The notes below the pieces were generated by a model that was given only the letters and a program-made list of their open reading frames with translations, was not told the origin of the DNA and ran no database searches. A DNA stretch of 64,000 nucleotides from Rhodocyclaceae bacterium (GTDB lineage: Bacteria; Pseudomonadota; Gammaproteobacteria; Burkholderiales; Rhodocyclaceae), in contig JAGRFX010000003.1 in the NCBI GenBank assembly GCA_020445805.1, forward strand, positions 1,530 to 65,529. Reading direction: 5' to 3'. Below, piece by piece: positions 48,392 to 58,122 of the stretch (position 1 is the stretch's first letter; every line of letters starts with the position of its first letter). A program made the translations under genes and the position numbers.

Positions 48392-49380
48392 GGGGGCGGC
48401 GCGCGATGGCCGGCGTGGTGCTGATCCTGGCGGCGACCCTGGTCGGGGCGGCCGGCTGGACCAGCCGCCCGCTGTCCGAGCTGGCGGTCTACCCCGGCTT
48501 CAGCGTGCCGGCCCGGGTCGAAGCGCGCGATGAAGCGCGGATCGCAGCCGAGGTGGGCGGGCGGATCGAGGCGCTGGAGGCGCGGGTCGGGCAGGCGGTC
48601 GTGAAGGGCGCGGTGCTGGCCCGGCTCGACGACCGCGCCCTGCAGATCGAGGTCCGCCGCGCCCAGGCGGCCCTCTCGCTGGTGGACAATCGCATCCGGC
48701 TGGCTGAATCGCAGCTGGCCCGCACCGAGCGGCTGGCGGGCGAAAGCTTTGTCAGCGAGGACGCGCTGAAGGTCCAGCGCACCGAACTGGACGTCCTGCA
48801 CTCGGAGCGGGAGGCCAGCGTCCAGTCCCTGGCCGCCGCGCGGCTGGCGCTGGAGCATGCGGTCATCCGCGCCCCCTTCCAGGGCATCGTGCGCGAACGC
48901 CTGGCCAGCGTCGGGGACCTGGCGGCGCCCGGCACCCCGCTGCTCGTGCTGTCGGCGGCGGTCGGCCCCGAGGTGCGCGCCAGCGTGCCGCTGGCACAGC
49001 TCGAGGCCCTGCGGCAGGCAAATTCCCCCGTGCTCGTGGCCGGCGGCCGTTCGGTGCCGGTCACGATCCGCCGCGTCTCCGAGCTGGTCGAGGCGGCGGG
49101 GCAGACGCGGGAGGTCGTGCTGGGCACGGACCAGCCCGTGGCGCCCGGCCTGGCCGGTGAATTGCGCTGGCAGGCGCGCCGGCCGCACCTGCCGCCCGAA
49201 TTCCTCCAGACCCGCGAGGGGCGCCTCGGTGCCTATGTGCTGGAAAGCGGGCAGCCGGTGTTCCGTCCCCTGCCGATCGCCCAGCCGGGGCGGCCGGTGC
49301 CGGTCGACTGGGCGCTGGAGACCCCGGTCATCGACGAGGGTCGGCTGGGCGTCGGTCTCGAGGCCGGGGCCGGCCGATGA
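48388..49380 (+). CDS. RND efflux periplasmic adaptor subunit
   Basis: IAAEVGGRI...VGQAVVKGAVLARLD; IRAPFQGIV; ATGA overlaps on both sides. Confidence 0.88.
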   Translation: MRGRRAMAGVVLILAATLVGAAGWTSRPLSELAVYPGFSVPARVEARDEARIAAEVGGRIEALEARVGQAVVKGAVLARLDDRALQIEVRRAQAALSLVDNRIRLAESQLARTERLAGESFVSEDALKVQRTELDVLHSEREASVQSLAAARLALEHAVIRAPFQGIVRERLASVGDLAAPGTPLLVLSAAVGPEVRASVPLAQLEALRQANSPVLVAGGRSVPVTIRRVSELVEAAGQTREVVLGTDQPVAPGLAGELRWQARRPHLPPEFLQTREGRLGAYVLESGQPVFRPLPIAQPGRPVPVDWALETPVIDEGRLGVGLEAGAGR

Positions 49381-52300
49381 GCTTCTATCGGCGCCTGCTG
49401 GAAAACCATCCGCTGGCCAATATCGCGTTTGCGCTGGTGCTGCTCGGGGGGCTCAGCAGCTATCTGGTCATGCCCAGGGCCCAGGACCCGGAAATCAACT
49501 TCAACTGGGTGAACATCCTGACCGTCCTGCCGGGGGCGTCCGCCGAGGATGTCGAGCGCGAGGTGACGTCCCCCCTGGAGGACGCCATCGCCCAGGTCAA
49601 GGACATCAAGTTCGTCTCCTCCAGCAGCCGCGAGTCGGTGTCGTCGATCCTGGTGCGCTTCAACCAGATCAGCGACGCCCAGTTCGACAAGCGCATCAAC
49701 GATCTGCGGCGCGAGGTCCAGAACAAGGCGTCGGACGAGCTGCCCGACGAGGCCGACGACCCCCGCGTGGTGGAGATCACCTCGTCGAACGGCTTCCCGA
49801 CCGCCGTGCTCGCCCTGCACGGCCCGGCCGGTGGCGAGAACCTGCGTCGTGCCGCCTTCCGGATCAAGAAGGACCTCGAACGCCTGCCCGGCGTGGATCA
49901 GGTCATCTCGGCGGGGCTCGACGACGCCGAGATGCACGTGGAGTTCGACCCTGCGGCCCTCGACGCCCGGGGGCTGTCGCCGGCCCGCGTGTCGGATGCC
50001 GTGTCGGCCTGGTTCCGGAACACCCTGGCCGGGCGCGTCAAGGTCCAGGACGAGGAGTGGCTGGTGCGCCTCGAGGGCAAGACCGCGGACCCGCAGGCCC
50101 TGGCCGCCGCGCCGATCATCACGGCCGGTGGGCGCGTGGCCATCGGCGACGTGGCCCGGGTCTCGCGCGCCCACGAGCGTTCGACCCAGCTGGTGAGCTA
50201 CAACGACGAGCCGACCGTGATGCTGTCGATCACCAAGCAGGCCCGCGCCAACACCATCGAGCTGGTCGAGACCCTGCAGCGCTTCGCGGACGAGCAGGGG
50301 CCGCTGCTGGGGACCCAGGGCCTGCGCCTGACCATGCTCGACGACCAGACCTACATGACCCGCAATGCGATCTCGATCATGGAGTCGAACGCGCTGCTGG
50401 GCCTGCTCGCCGTGCTGGTGGCCTGTTGGCTCTTCCTCGGCCCGCGGCTGGCCCTGCTGGTGGGTATCGGCGTGCCGTTTTCCCTGGCGGGGACCTTCCT
50501 GGTGGTGGGAGCCATCGACTCGACCCTCAACCTCACCGTGCTGCTCGGCGTGGTCATCGCGCTCGGCATGCTGGTGGACGACGCGGTGGTGGTCATCGAA
50601 GCGATCCACTACCGCCTGACCCGGGGCGCAGAGCCGCTCGAGGCGGTGGTCGAAGGCGTGCGCGAGGTCTGGCTGCCGGTGACGAGTTCGGTCCTGACCA
50701 CCATGGCCGCCTTCCTGCCGCTCATGCTCCTGCCGGGCATTCTGGGCAAGTTCATGTTCGTGGTGCCCTTCGTCGTCACCGTGGCGCTGGCGATCAGCCT
50801 GGTCGAAGCCTTCTGGATGCTGCCCGTGCATGTGCTCGCCATCCGGCCTCACAGCCGGAAGGCGGATGGCGCCGGGCAGCGACGACGCGCCCGCCTGACC
50901 CAGCGACTGCGCCTGGCCTACGCCCGACTCCTCATGAAGGTCATGCGCTGGCCGCGGGCCGCGCTGCTGTTGGCGGTCCTGATGGTGGCGGGCGCGCTCG
51001 GCGCGGTGGCGGGGGGGCTGGTCCGGGTCCAGTTCTTTGCGTTCGATTCGTTCCGCCTGTTCTATGTTAACGTGGACATGCCCGCCGGCGTGGTGCTCGA
51101 CCGGACGCTCGATGCGGCGGAGCGGGTGGCGCAGGCGGTTCGCGCAGGCCTGACGGAGGAGGAGACCCGCTCGGTGACGGCCTTTGCCGGCCTCAAGTTC
51201 ACCGAAACCGAACCCCTGTACGGAGACCACTACGGGCAGGTGCTGGTGTCGCTGCATCCGCGCGCGGGCGACATGCGCGATACCGGCGAGGTCATCGAGG
51301 CGCTCACCGGGCGGGTGAAGGCGGTCGGCGGCGATGGCCGGGTGTCCTTCCTCGAACTCAAGGGTGGGCCGCCGACGTCGCGGGCGATCAGCGTCAAGGT
51401 CAAGGCCGACGACTACGGGGACCTGCGCGCCGCGTCGGATGCGCTGCGTTCGGCCCTCGAAGGCATCCCGGGCGTGCGCAATATCAGCGACGACGACACG
51501 CCCGGACGGCGCGAATTGCGTCTCCAGCTGAATCGTGAGCGCCTGGCCCTGGCCGGCATCGAGGCCGGCCAGGTTGCCCGCCTGCTCCGGCTCTATGGCG
51601 AGGGCGAGGTGGTGGCCAGCACCCGCGATGGCGGCGAAAAGGTGGAGGTGGTGGTGCGGGCCGTGCCCGAGGCCCTGGTGGACATTGCGGGCATCCTGCA
51701 GCGCCAGGTGCCGCTGGCGGGGGGCGGCAGCGTGCCGCTGGCGACCCTGGTCGATGCGGAACCCCGCATCGCCAAGGGCTACATCCGCCACTACGCCCTG
51801 ATGCGGGCGATCACCGTCGAGGCCGACATCGATCCGGCCGTGACCGACACGCTGGCGGCCAATGCGGCGCTCAAGGCGGCCTGGGCGTCGCTCCAGCCCC
51901 GGCATCCGGCGGCCAGCCTCGATTTTTCGGGGGAACTGGACGACATCCAGGAAAGCATCGATTCGATGGTGCGATTGTTCGCCCTGGGCATCGGGCTGAT
52001 CTACCTGATCCTCGCGACCCAGTTCCGCAGCTACTTCCAGCCCCTGATCATCCTGGTGACGGTCCCCCTCGCCTTTACCGGGGTGGTGCTGGGCCTGCTC
52101 GTGTCGGGCAACCCCCTGTCCCTCTACACCCTGTATGGGGTCATCGCGCTGACGGGGATCTCGGTGAATTCCGCCATCGTGCTGATCGATGCGGCCAATG
52201 AACGGCTTGCCGGCGGCATGGGGGTGCAGCACGCGATCATCTATGCCGCCCGCCGCCGGGTGGTCCCGATCCTGATCACCTCGGCCACGACCATCGGCGG

Positions 52301-52475
52301 GCTGTTCTCGCTGGCGGTGGGCCTGGGGGGCAAATCGCTGATGTGGGGGCCGGTGGCAGCGAGCATTGTCTGGGGGCTCGGCTTCTCGACGCTGCTGACA
52401 TTGTTCGTGATTCCTCTGGTATACCTTTCCGTTATGCGGAAAAATGACAGAAAACTGCACGCAGTTGGTGCATAA
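49377..52475 (+). CDS. RND efflux permease (AcrB/AcrD/AcrF family)
   Basis: PGASAEDVEREVTSPLE; GMLVDDAVVVIE; RRVVPILITSATT. Confidence 0.93.
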   Translation: MSFYRRLLENHPLANIAFALVLLGGLSSYLVMPRAQDPEINFNWVNILTVLPGASAEDVEREVTSPLEDAIAQVKDIKFVSSSSRESVSSILVRFNQISDAQFDKRINDLRREVQNKASDELPDEADDPRVVEITSSNGFPTAVLALHGPAGGENLRRAAFRIKKDLERLPGVDQVISAGLDDAEMHVEFDPAALDARGLSPARVSDAVSAWFRNTLAGRVKVQDEEWLVRLEGKTADPQALAAAPIITAGGRVAIGDVARVSRAHERSTQLVSYNDEPTVMLSITKQARANTIELVETLQRFADEQGPLLGTQGLRLTMLDDQTYMTRNAISIMESNALLGLLAVLVACWLFLGPRLALLVGIGVPFSLAGTFLVVGAIDSTLNLTVLLGVVIALGMLVDDAVVVIEAIHYRLTRGAEPLEAVVEGVREVWLPVTSSVLTTMAAFLPLMLLPGILGKFMFVVPFVVTVALAISLVEAFWMLPVHVLAIRPHSRKADGAGQRRRARLTQRLRLAYARLLMKVMRWPRAALLLAVLMVAGALGAVAGGLVRVQFFAFDSFRLFYVNVDMPAGVVLDRTLDAAERVAQAVRAGLTEEETRSVTAFAGLKFTETEPLYGDHYGQVLVSLHPRAGDMRDTGEVIEALTGRVKAVGGDGRVSFLELKGGPPTSRAISVKVKADDYGDLRAASDALRSALEGIPGVRNISDDDTPGRRELRLQLNRERLALAGIEAGQVARLLRLYGEGEVVASTRDGGEKVEVVVRAVPEALVDIAGILQRQVPLAGGGSVPLATLVDAEPRIAKGYIRHYALMRAITVEADIDPAVTDTLAANAALKAAWASLQPRHPAASLDFSGELDDIQESIDSMVRLFALGIGLIYLILATQFRSYFQPLIILVTVPLAFTGVVLGLLVSGNPLSLYTLYGVIALTGISVNSAIVLIDAANERLAGGMGVQHAIIYAARRRVVPILITSATTIGGLFSLAVGLGGKSLMWGPVAASIVWGLGFSTLLTLFVIPLVYLSVMRKNDRKLHAVGA

Positions 52476-52503
52476 AGTCAGCGAAATTGTCGCCAAAACG
52501 ACA

Positions 52504-52516
52504 AATCAACAACTTG
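52504..52516 (+). promoter_or_regulatory. IHF consensus site, with TATAAT at 52542-52547
   Basis: AATCAACAACTTG matches WATCAANNNNTTR exactly, in an AT-rich intergenic region. Confidence 0.6.
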
Positions 52517-52580
52517 CTCCGGAGCTTCGCGCGAGTCGGCCTATAATCGGCTTTCGACAAACACTTGCTGGGCTTTTTCC

Positions 52581-53657
52581 ATGAGTTCGATGGTTGCACC
52601 CGAGGCCGCTGCAGTCCGCTTTGCTGGGCCGATGAACTACCGTATCGAGGGCGATGTCGTCCATCTCGAGGCGGACCTGCGTATTTGTGATTCCGAACGC
52701 GCCAACCGGGCCGACTGGTCGCTTCAGTTCTGGACTGACGACAGCAGCGCGTCCATCTGCATCGCCGAGCTGCCCCTCGGCAGCCTCGACGCCGCACCGG
52801 GCGCCGTGGTTCCGGTCGGGGGCAGTGCCCTCGCCACCCTGCCGGCCGGGCAGGGTGCCCACGCCGTCGCCTTCCGGCTGATGTGCGCCGGCGCGGGAGA
52901 ATCCGAGCAGCATGACGCCGCCGGCTTCGCCCATACCCAGGACTTCGTCCTGCCCCACCTGCTGGGCTCGGTGGGCTATCGCTTCGACGGCGAGCAGGTC
53001 GAGATTTCCGTCGAGGGCGTCGCCAACCCGCGGGATGGCGCCAACCTGACCGGTACCCTCTCGCTGGAGCTGTGGGCCCTGCCTGCGGCCTATCAGGGCG
53101 GCAGCTTCCAGGGCGCGCCGGTGGCAGGGATCCAGATCGGGTCGCTGTCGGGGCAGCAGTCGCTGGGGGCGATGTCCTTCTCCCTGCCGGCCGCCTCGCT
53201 CCCGCCGGGCGAGTGGTTCCTCACGCTGATGCTGCGCGAATGGACGCCTGCCGGCTTCGTCACCCGCGACTTCACCCGCTTCGAGCAGACCTACGTGGTG
53301 GAAGCGCCGGCCGCCAAGGCACCTGCTGCCAAGGCCCCCGCTGCCAAGGCTCCCGCTGCCAAGGCTCCCGAGGCCGCAGCGGCCAAGCCGGCCGCGAAGA
53401 AGGCCGCGCCGGTGAAGCAGCCGGTGGTCGCCGCCAAGCCGGCCGCCAAGCCGGTCGAGAAGAAGGCTGCCGCGCCGGCAGCCGTGGCGCTCAACTCGGC
53501 CAGCGTGGCCGAGATCGCTGCGATCAAGGGCGTGTCCAAGAAGCTGGCGGAGGCGATCGTCGCTGCCCGCCCGTTCAAGAAGCTGAGCGACCTGACCAGC
53601 GTCAAGGGTCTGGGCGAGAAGCTGCTCGACAAGCTGAAGGGGCAGATCACGCTGTGA
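52581..53657 (+). CDS. Two beta-sandwich-like domains, Ala/Lys/Pro linker and C-terminal helix-hairpin-helix (ComEA-like) domain
   Basis: YRIEGDVV and YRFDGEQV internal duplication; ALNSASVAEIAAIKGVSKKLAEAIVAARPF...VKGLGEK. Confidence 0.82.
   Translation: MSSMVAPEAAAVRFAGPMNYRIEGDVVHLEADLRICDSERANRADWSLQFWTDDSSASICIAELPLGSLDAAPGAVVPVGGSALATLPAGQGAHAVAFRLMCAGAGESEQHDAAGFAHTQDFVLPHLLGSVGYRFDGEQVEISVEGVANPRDGANLTGTLSLELWALPAAYQGGSFQGAPVAGIQIGSLSGQQSLGAMSFSLPAASLPPGEWFLTLMLREWTPAGFVTRDFTRFEQTYVVEAPAAKAPAAKAPAAKAPAAKAPEAAAAKPAAKKAAPVKQPVVAAKPAAKPVEKKAAAPAAVALNSASVAEIAAIKGVSKKLAEAIVAARPFKKLSDLTSVKGLGEKLLDKLKGQITL
53310..53369 (+). repeat. Four 15-bp tandem repeats encoding AAKAP
   Basis: gccgccaaggcacct, gctgccaaggccccc, gctgccaaggctccc x2. 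Confidence 0.9.
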
Positions 53658-53681
53658 TCCACGGCGCCTGAGCTGGCAGAC

Positions 53682-53710
53682 AAAGGGCCGCGATTGCGGC
53701 CCTTTTTTTT
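53682..53710 (+). terminator. Rho-independent terminator
   Basis: AAAGGGCCGC-GATT-GCGGCCCTTT followed by a T-run. Confidence 0.92.
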
Positions 53711-53738
53711 CATGCACGCGGCGTGCCGCAGGCAGGTC

Positions 53739-54062
53739 TCAGGTGCACAGTCGCCCGCGTTTCAGGCGCCACTGCTCCGCGCCGCCGACGAGGCCCGCGA
53801 CGCCCTGCAGGGCTTCCCCGAGCGACCAGCGGCGCACGCCGGCGATCGAGAGAAAGCGGGCAGCCGCCGCCAGGTCCTCGAAGAGGGTGATGCGGCCATC
53901 GGTGGAGCACAGGGGGCGGGAGGCCAGGGAAACGGCCATGCGGATGCCGTTCGCGACCCGGATCGGGTGGATCTGGATCCGTGCGCCGTTGTCGAGGGCG
54001 GCCCGGACGATCTCGAGCCAGGTGGCGGGCCGCGCAGGGCCCGCAGGTGTGGTGTCCAGCAT
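53739..54062 (-). CDS. Small hypothetical protein
   Basis: GGAGG RBS; RITLFEDLAAAARFLSIAGV; sigma54 motif upstream. Confidence 0.6.
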   Translation of the reverse strand: MLDTTPAGPARPATWLEIVRAALDNGARIQIHPIRVANGIRMAVSLASRPLCSTDGRITLFEDLAAAARFLSIAGVRRWSLGEALQGVAGLVGGAEQWRLKRGRLCT

Positions 54063-54141
54063 GATGAAGGTTCCTCCGTCTGTTCGGCCTTGGCGTACCT
54101 CTTGCGAGGCCGCAGGCTCTGTGGGGCCATGGTGGCCGTTT

Positions 54142-54157
54142 TGCACGCGATATGCCA
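54142..54157 (-). promoter_or_regulatory. Sigma54 promoter
   Basis: Minus strand TGGCATATCGCGTGCA has GG-N10-GC spacing, ~80 bp upstream of 54062. Confidence 0.6.
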
Positions 54158-54318
54158 TACCGGGGATCACGCGCTTCTGCGGGATTCCACCGAGTCGGCG
54201 GGCGATAGGGTCCTCCCGCCGTGTTACAGCCGTTCGATCGGGTTTCGATGCCGCGGTGCAGCGACCGGCAGGGCTACAATAGCGGACCTGAAAGCTGCCG
54301 AAAGGGCGGGTGAGACGC

Positions 54319-55239
54319 ATGGAAGTCAAGGTCGAATGCCGGGGAGACCGGATCGCGGATGCCGCGGACACGCTGTCGCAGGTCTTGCAGACGCTGCTCG
54401 CCCGTATCATCGAGCGGGACCGTGACCTCGACCTGTCGGCGCTCCAGCGCATTACGGTCGCCGAGGACTACGCGCGGGCTTTGCTCGAAGAGACCGGCGA
54501 CGAGTCGGCCACCGGGGTGGTGCGGGCCATTCATGGCGAGGAGGCGGTCGGGCTGCTGATCGATGGCGCCCACATGTCGGCGGCCCTGGCGGGCGACGCC
54601 GAGCAGGTCTCCAGCTTCGTGCACCTGTTTCACCGGGAGCTGTGCCGGATCCACGACGCCCGCGCGAGGCTCGGCCAGTCGTCCTCGCTCGAGCTCCTGC
54701 TCGAGTGCGAATTCGACCGCCAGCTGCTCCCGATTGCCGAATCCATGTGGGCCGAGTATTTCTCGACGCGCCGCTCGGTGTGGTCGCTGCCCCAGGGCTC
54801 GGACCTGATGCTGACGCACCTGGCCGACCTGCTCGAAGCGCTGCCGGCCGCCATGAACGAAGAGATCGTGCTGCACCTCGGCAGCAATGACATCGATGGC
54901 CTGTTCCTCCGCAGCGTCGGCCGCGTCGCGCATCTGGCGCAGACGATGGCCCACTGCCAGGGCTACCTCGCCGGCCTCGGGCGGCCGCTGGCCGACATCG
55001 GGCCCGAATACGACGCCCTCGTGGCCAGGAGTCCCCTGGCGGCGCCGTGGGGGCCGCTGTTGCATCGGTTCGAGGTGCTCTTTGCCAGCCCGTCGCGTTC
55101 CACCGAATCCATCTACCTGGCGCTCCAGACCGACGTGGTGGCGGTCTTCGCGGCCCTCGGCCTGCGCATCCGTCGTGCCGAGGACGGCGGGGTGTGGGTC
55201 GATGCCCTGCCGATCGTGGCTGGCGGACCGACCCAGTAG
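54319..55239 (+). CDS. Hypothetical protein, possibly a degenerate zincin-like fold
   Basis: LFHRELCRIHD followed by MWAEYFS. Confidence 0.6.
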   Translation: MEVKVECRGDRIADAADTLSQVLQTLLARIIERDRDLDLSALQRITVAEDYARALLEETGDESATGVVRAIHGEEAVGLLIDGAHMSAALAGDAEQVSSFVHLFHRELCRIHDARARLGQSSSLELLLECEFDRQLLPIAESMWAEYFSTRRSVWSLPQGSDLMLTHLADLLEALPAAMNEEIVLHLGSNDIDGLFLRSVGRVAHLAQTMAHCQGYLAGLGRPLADIGPEYDALVARSPLAAPWGPLLHRFEVLFASPSRSTESIYLALQTDVVAVFAALGLRIRRAEDGGVWVDALPIVAGGPTQ

Positions 55240-55245
55240 GGCGTC

Positions 55246-55950
55246 GTGAGCCCCTCCTTCCGCGACGGCGCCCGCGAGGGCTTCCGGGCCTTCCTGCCCC
55301 TGTCGGTGGGCCTGGTGCCGTGGGCCCTGGTCACCGGCGTTGCCATGCGCTCGACGGGCCTGTCCGTCATCGAATCGGTCGGGATGAACCTGATCGTCTT
55401 CGCCGGCACCGCGCAGCTGGGCACCCTGCCGCTGATCGGCGCGGGCGCGCCCCTGTGGCTCATCATGCTGACGGCGCTGGTGCTTAACCTGCGCTTCGTG
55501 ATCTTCTCCGCCGCGCTGGCGCCGGCCTTCGATCGGGTCCCCCTGCTGCAGCGCGTGCTGTCGGGCTACCTGCTCGTCGATGGGGTCTTCGCGGTCGGCG
55601 CCGAGCGGATGCTGGCGAGCCAGGACCGGGACTGGCGGATGGGCTTCTTCCTGGCGCCATCGGCCTATGCCTGGGTGCTATGGCAGGTCTTCGTGCTGTG
55701 CGGCGTGCTGGGGGCGGGGGCCCTGCCCAGGGACTGGTCCCTGGAGTTCATGGCCACCATCGCGCTGATCACCCTGCTGGTGCCGATTGCCCGGGCGCGT
55801 CCCATGCTGCTGGCGGCGCTGGTGGGTGGCCTGGCCACCGTGCTGCTGAAGGACATGCCCCTGCGGCTCGGGATGATCGCCGGCATCGTGCTCGGCATTG
55901 CCGCCGGCTTCGCGGTCGAGCGCTGGCAGGCGCGCAGGACAGCCCCATGA
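55246..55950 (+). CDS. azlC: AzlC family branched-chain amino acid exporter
   Basis: VFAGTAQL; VLNLRFVIFS; LLVDGVFA; SLEFM. Confidence 0.9.
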   Translation: MSPSFRDGAREGFRAFLPLSVGLVPWALVTGVAMRSTGLSVIESVGMNLIVFAGTAQLGTLPLIGAGAPLWLIMLTALVLNLRFVIFSAALAPAFDRVPLLQRVLSGYLLVDGVFAVGAERMLASQDRDWRMGFFLAPSAYAWVLWQVFVLCGVLGAGALPRDWSLEFMATIALITLLVPIARARPMLLAALVGGLATVLLKDMPLRLGMIAGIVLGIAAGFAVERWQARRTAP

Positions 55951-56276
55951 ACGAGGGGACCCTGCTGTCCGGCGGCTGGCTGTGGCTGGCCTTCGTGCTG
56001 ATCGCGGTGGCCACCCACGTGCCCCGCGGGAGCTTCATCGTCGCGGGCAGCCGGGTCCGCCTGCCCGAAGCACTCCAGCGTGCACTGCGCTATGCCCCGG
56101 CGGCGGCCCTGGCCGCCCTGGTCGCGCCCGACATGCTGCTGGTGGGCGGGCAGCTCGACCCCTTCAACCTGAAGCTGGTGGCCGGTCTGGCGGCCTTCGC
56201 GGTGGCCTTTCGCTGGAAGAACCCGTGGCTGCCCTTCGCGGTGGGCATGGGCATCGTCTGGCTGGGGCGCATCTAG
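55947..56276 (+). CDS. azlD: AzlD domain protein
   Basis: RALRYAPAAALAALVAP; ATGA overlap with azlC. Confidence 0.88.
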   Translation: MNEGTLLSGGWLWLAFVLIAVATHVPRGSFIVAGSRVRLPEALQRALRYAPAAALAALVAPDMLLVGGQLDPFNLKLVAGLAAFAVAFRWKNPWLPFAVGMGIVWLGRI

Positions 56277-56286
56277 GTTCGCCAGG

Positions 56287-57378
56287 TCAGCCGGCGGCCA
56301 CCAGCAGCCTGCGATCGATGTCCTCGATGCGGCTGCAGCCGCACAGGGCCATGGCGATTTCCAGCTCGTCGTGCAGCAGGCGGATGACGTGGGCCACGCC
56401 CATCGCGCCCGCCACCACCAGCCCATGGATCTGCGGACGGCCGATCAGCACCGCGTGGGCCCCCAGCGCGAGGGCCTTCAGCACATCGGTGCCGCGCCGG
56501 ATGCCACCGTCCACCAGCACGGCCATGGCGTCTCCGACGGCGTCGGCGACGGCCGGCAGTGCCTGCGCGGTGGCGAGGCTGGTGTCGAGGGTACGGCCCC
56601 CATGGTTGGAGACGATCACGCCCCGCGCACCACATCTCAGCGCCTCACGGGCGTCGTCGGGGTGCAGGATACCTTTCAGGAGGACCGGCAGGCGGGTGCG
56701 CTCGCACAGGGCCGCGATCTCTGCCCAGCCGGGCGCACCGGGCAGCAACCCGTCGAAGAGGGGGCTGCCGCCGGAGGCCCTCGGGCGTGGGGGCAGTCCC
56801 GCCAGGTTCGGCATCGAGATGCCCGGCGGCAACTCGAAGCCGGCCCGACGCTCGCGGTCACGGGCGCCGCTGCACGGTGCGTCCACGGTCACAACCAGGG
56901 CCTCGTAGCCGGCCGCCTCGGCGCGCCGGACGAGGTCGCGATTGAAGTTGGCGTCGTGCTGGAGGTAGAGCTGGAACCACAGGGGGCCGCGCTCCGCGTC
57001 GCTGGCGACGACCGACGCAACCTGCTCGAGCGACAGGCTGGACTGGGTGCTCAGGACCAGGCCCGCGCCCTGGGCCGAGGCCGCACAGGCGGTGGCGATC
57101 TCGCCATCGGGATGGGCCATGCACTGATGGGCCACGGGGGCCAGCAGGATCGGATGGGCGAGGCGCCGGCCCAGCAGGTGGCAGGTGGTGGCGCCGCCGG
57201 CGAGCGGGCGCAGCACCCGGGGGAGCAGGGCGATCTCCTGCCAGGCGCGCGGGTTGGCGGCCAGGGTCAGCTCGTCGGCCGCGCCGCCCTCGAAGTAGGC
57301 ACGGGCATTGGCGTCGAGCAGGGCCGCGGCCCTCGAGGCGTATTCGGGCAGGCTGACCGGGAGCTTGTCGGCGGTCAT
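56287..57378 (-). CDS. FMN-dependent alpha-hydroxy-acid oxidase
   Basis: LAPVA; WFQLY; VTVDAP; LKGI; VSNHGGRTLD; DGGIRRGTDVLKALALGA. Confidence 0.93.
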   Translation of the reverse strand: MTADKLPVSLPEYASRAAALLDANARAYFEGGAADELTLAANPRAWQEIALLPRVLRPLAGGATTCHLLGRRLAHPILLAPVAHQCMAHPDGEIATACAASAQGAGLVLSTQSSLSLEQVASVVASDAERGPLWFQLYLQHDANFNRDLVRRAEAAGYEALVVTVDAPCSGARDRERRAGFELPPGISMPNLAGLPPRPRASGGSPLFDGLLPGAPGWAEIAALCERTRLPVLLKGILHPDDAREALRCGARGVIVSNHGGRTLDTSLATAQALPAVADAVGDAMAVLVDGGIRRGTDVLKALALGAHAVLIGRPQIHGLVVAGAMGVAHVIRLLHDELEIAMALCGCSRIEDIDRRLLVAAG

Positions 57379-57379
57379 C

Positions 57380-58063
57380 TCAGGTGTTCGCCCACATGCG
57401 CAGCAGGTTGTGATAGGTGCCCGAGAGGGCCACCGTATCCGCGTTGTCGCCCTGGGCCTCGCGCAGGCGCATCAAGGCCATGTCGAAGTCGAACAGGAGG
57501 CGGCGCTGTTCGTCGCTGCGCACCAGGCTTTCGATCCAGAAGAAGCAGGCCAGGCGCCAGCCGCGGGTGACCGGTCTCACCTGGTGGACGCTGGTGCCCG
57601 GGTAGAGGATGGCATGGCCGGCCGGCAGCTTCACCCCGCGCGAACCGTAGGTGTCCCGCACCTGCAGTTCGCCGCCGTCGTAGTCCGCCGGATCGTTCAG
57701 GAAGACGGTGCAGGACACGTCGGTCCGCACCCGCTCGCCGGTACCGGGATCGAAGCGGATGGCGTTGTCCACGTGCTCGCCGTAGCAGGGCGTGTCCCCG
57801 CCGTAGCGATTGACGCGGGGCGCGAAGATCCGTTTCGGCAGCGCCGCCGTCAGGAACAGGGCGCTGGTCTCGACGGCCCGAACCACCGCCTCGGAGACGA
57901 AGCGTGCGGCTTCGCAGTCGTGGGGAAGCTGCTGGTTGTTCTTGGCCTGGATGGCCTGCCGCCCGGCGCTGTGGGCCCCGCTCTGCCAGGGCGCGTCGCG
58001 CAGCAGGTCGCGGGCGGTGGCGAGTTGCTCGGGGCTGAGGACATCGGGTATCTGCAGCAGCAT
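57380..58063 (-). CDS. PKHD-type Fe(II)/2-oxoglutarate dioxygenase (PiuC/YbiX)
   Basis: KNNQQL; YGEHVD; [10 protein letters not shown]; YDGGEL; [11 protein letters not shown]; YHNLLRMW. Confidence 0.93.
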   Translation of the reverse strand: MLLQIPDVLSPEQLATARDLLRDAPWQSGAHSAGRQAIQAKNNQQLPHDCEAARFVSEAVVRAVETSALFLTAALPKRIFAPRVNRYGGDTPCYGEHVDNAIRFDPGTGERVRTDVSCTVFLNDPADYDGGELQVRDTYGSRGVKLPAGHAILYPGTSVHQVRPVTRGWRLACFFWIESLVRSDEQRRLLFDFDMALMRLREAQGDNADTVALSGTYHNLLRMWANT

Positions 58064-58122
58064 GGGGGGCTCCGGGTGGCATGGCAGCCCGCCGCCGGGG
58101 GGCGGCGGGCCGGCGCGAGGGG

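Noticed and set aside
49233-52496. 1087-aa minus-strand ORF
   Set aside because: Antisense shadow of the RND gene, expected in high-GC DNA; no recognisable motifs
52514-52547. TTGCTC plus TATAAT as a full sigma70 promoter
   Set aside because: Spacer is 22 bp, too long; only the -10 and IHF site were kept
53310-53369. Tandem repeat as a possible CRISPR or non-coding array
   Set aside because: No spacers; in-frame with synonymous variation, so it is a protein linker
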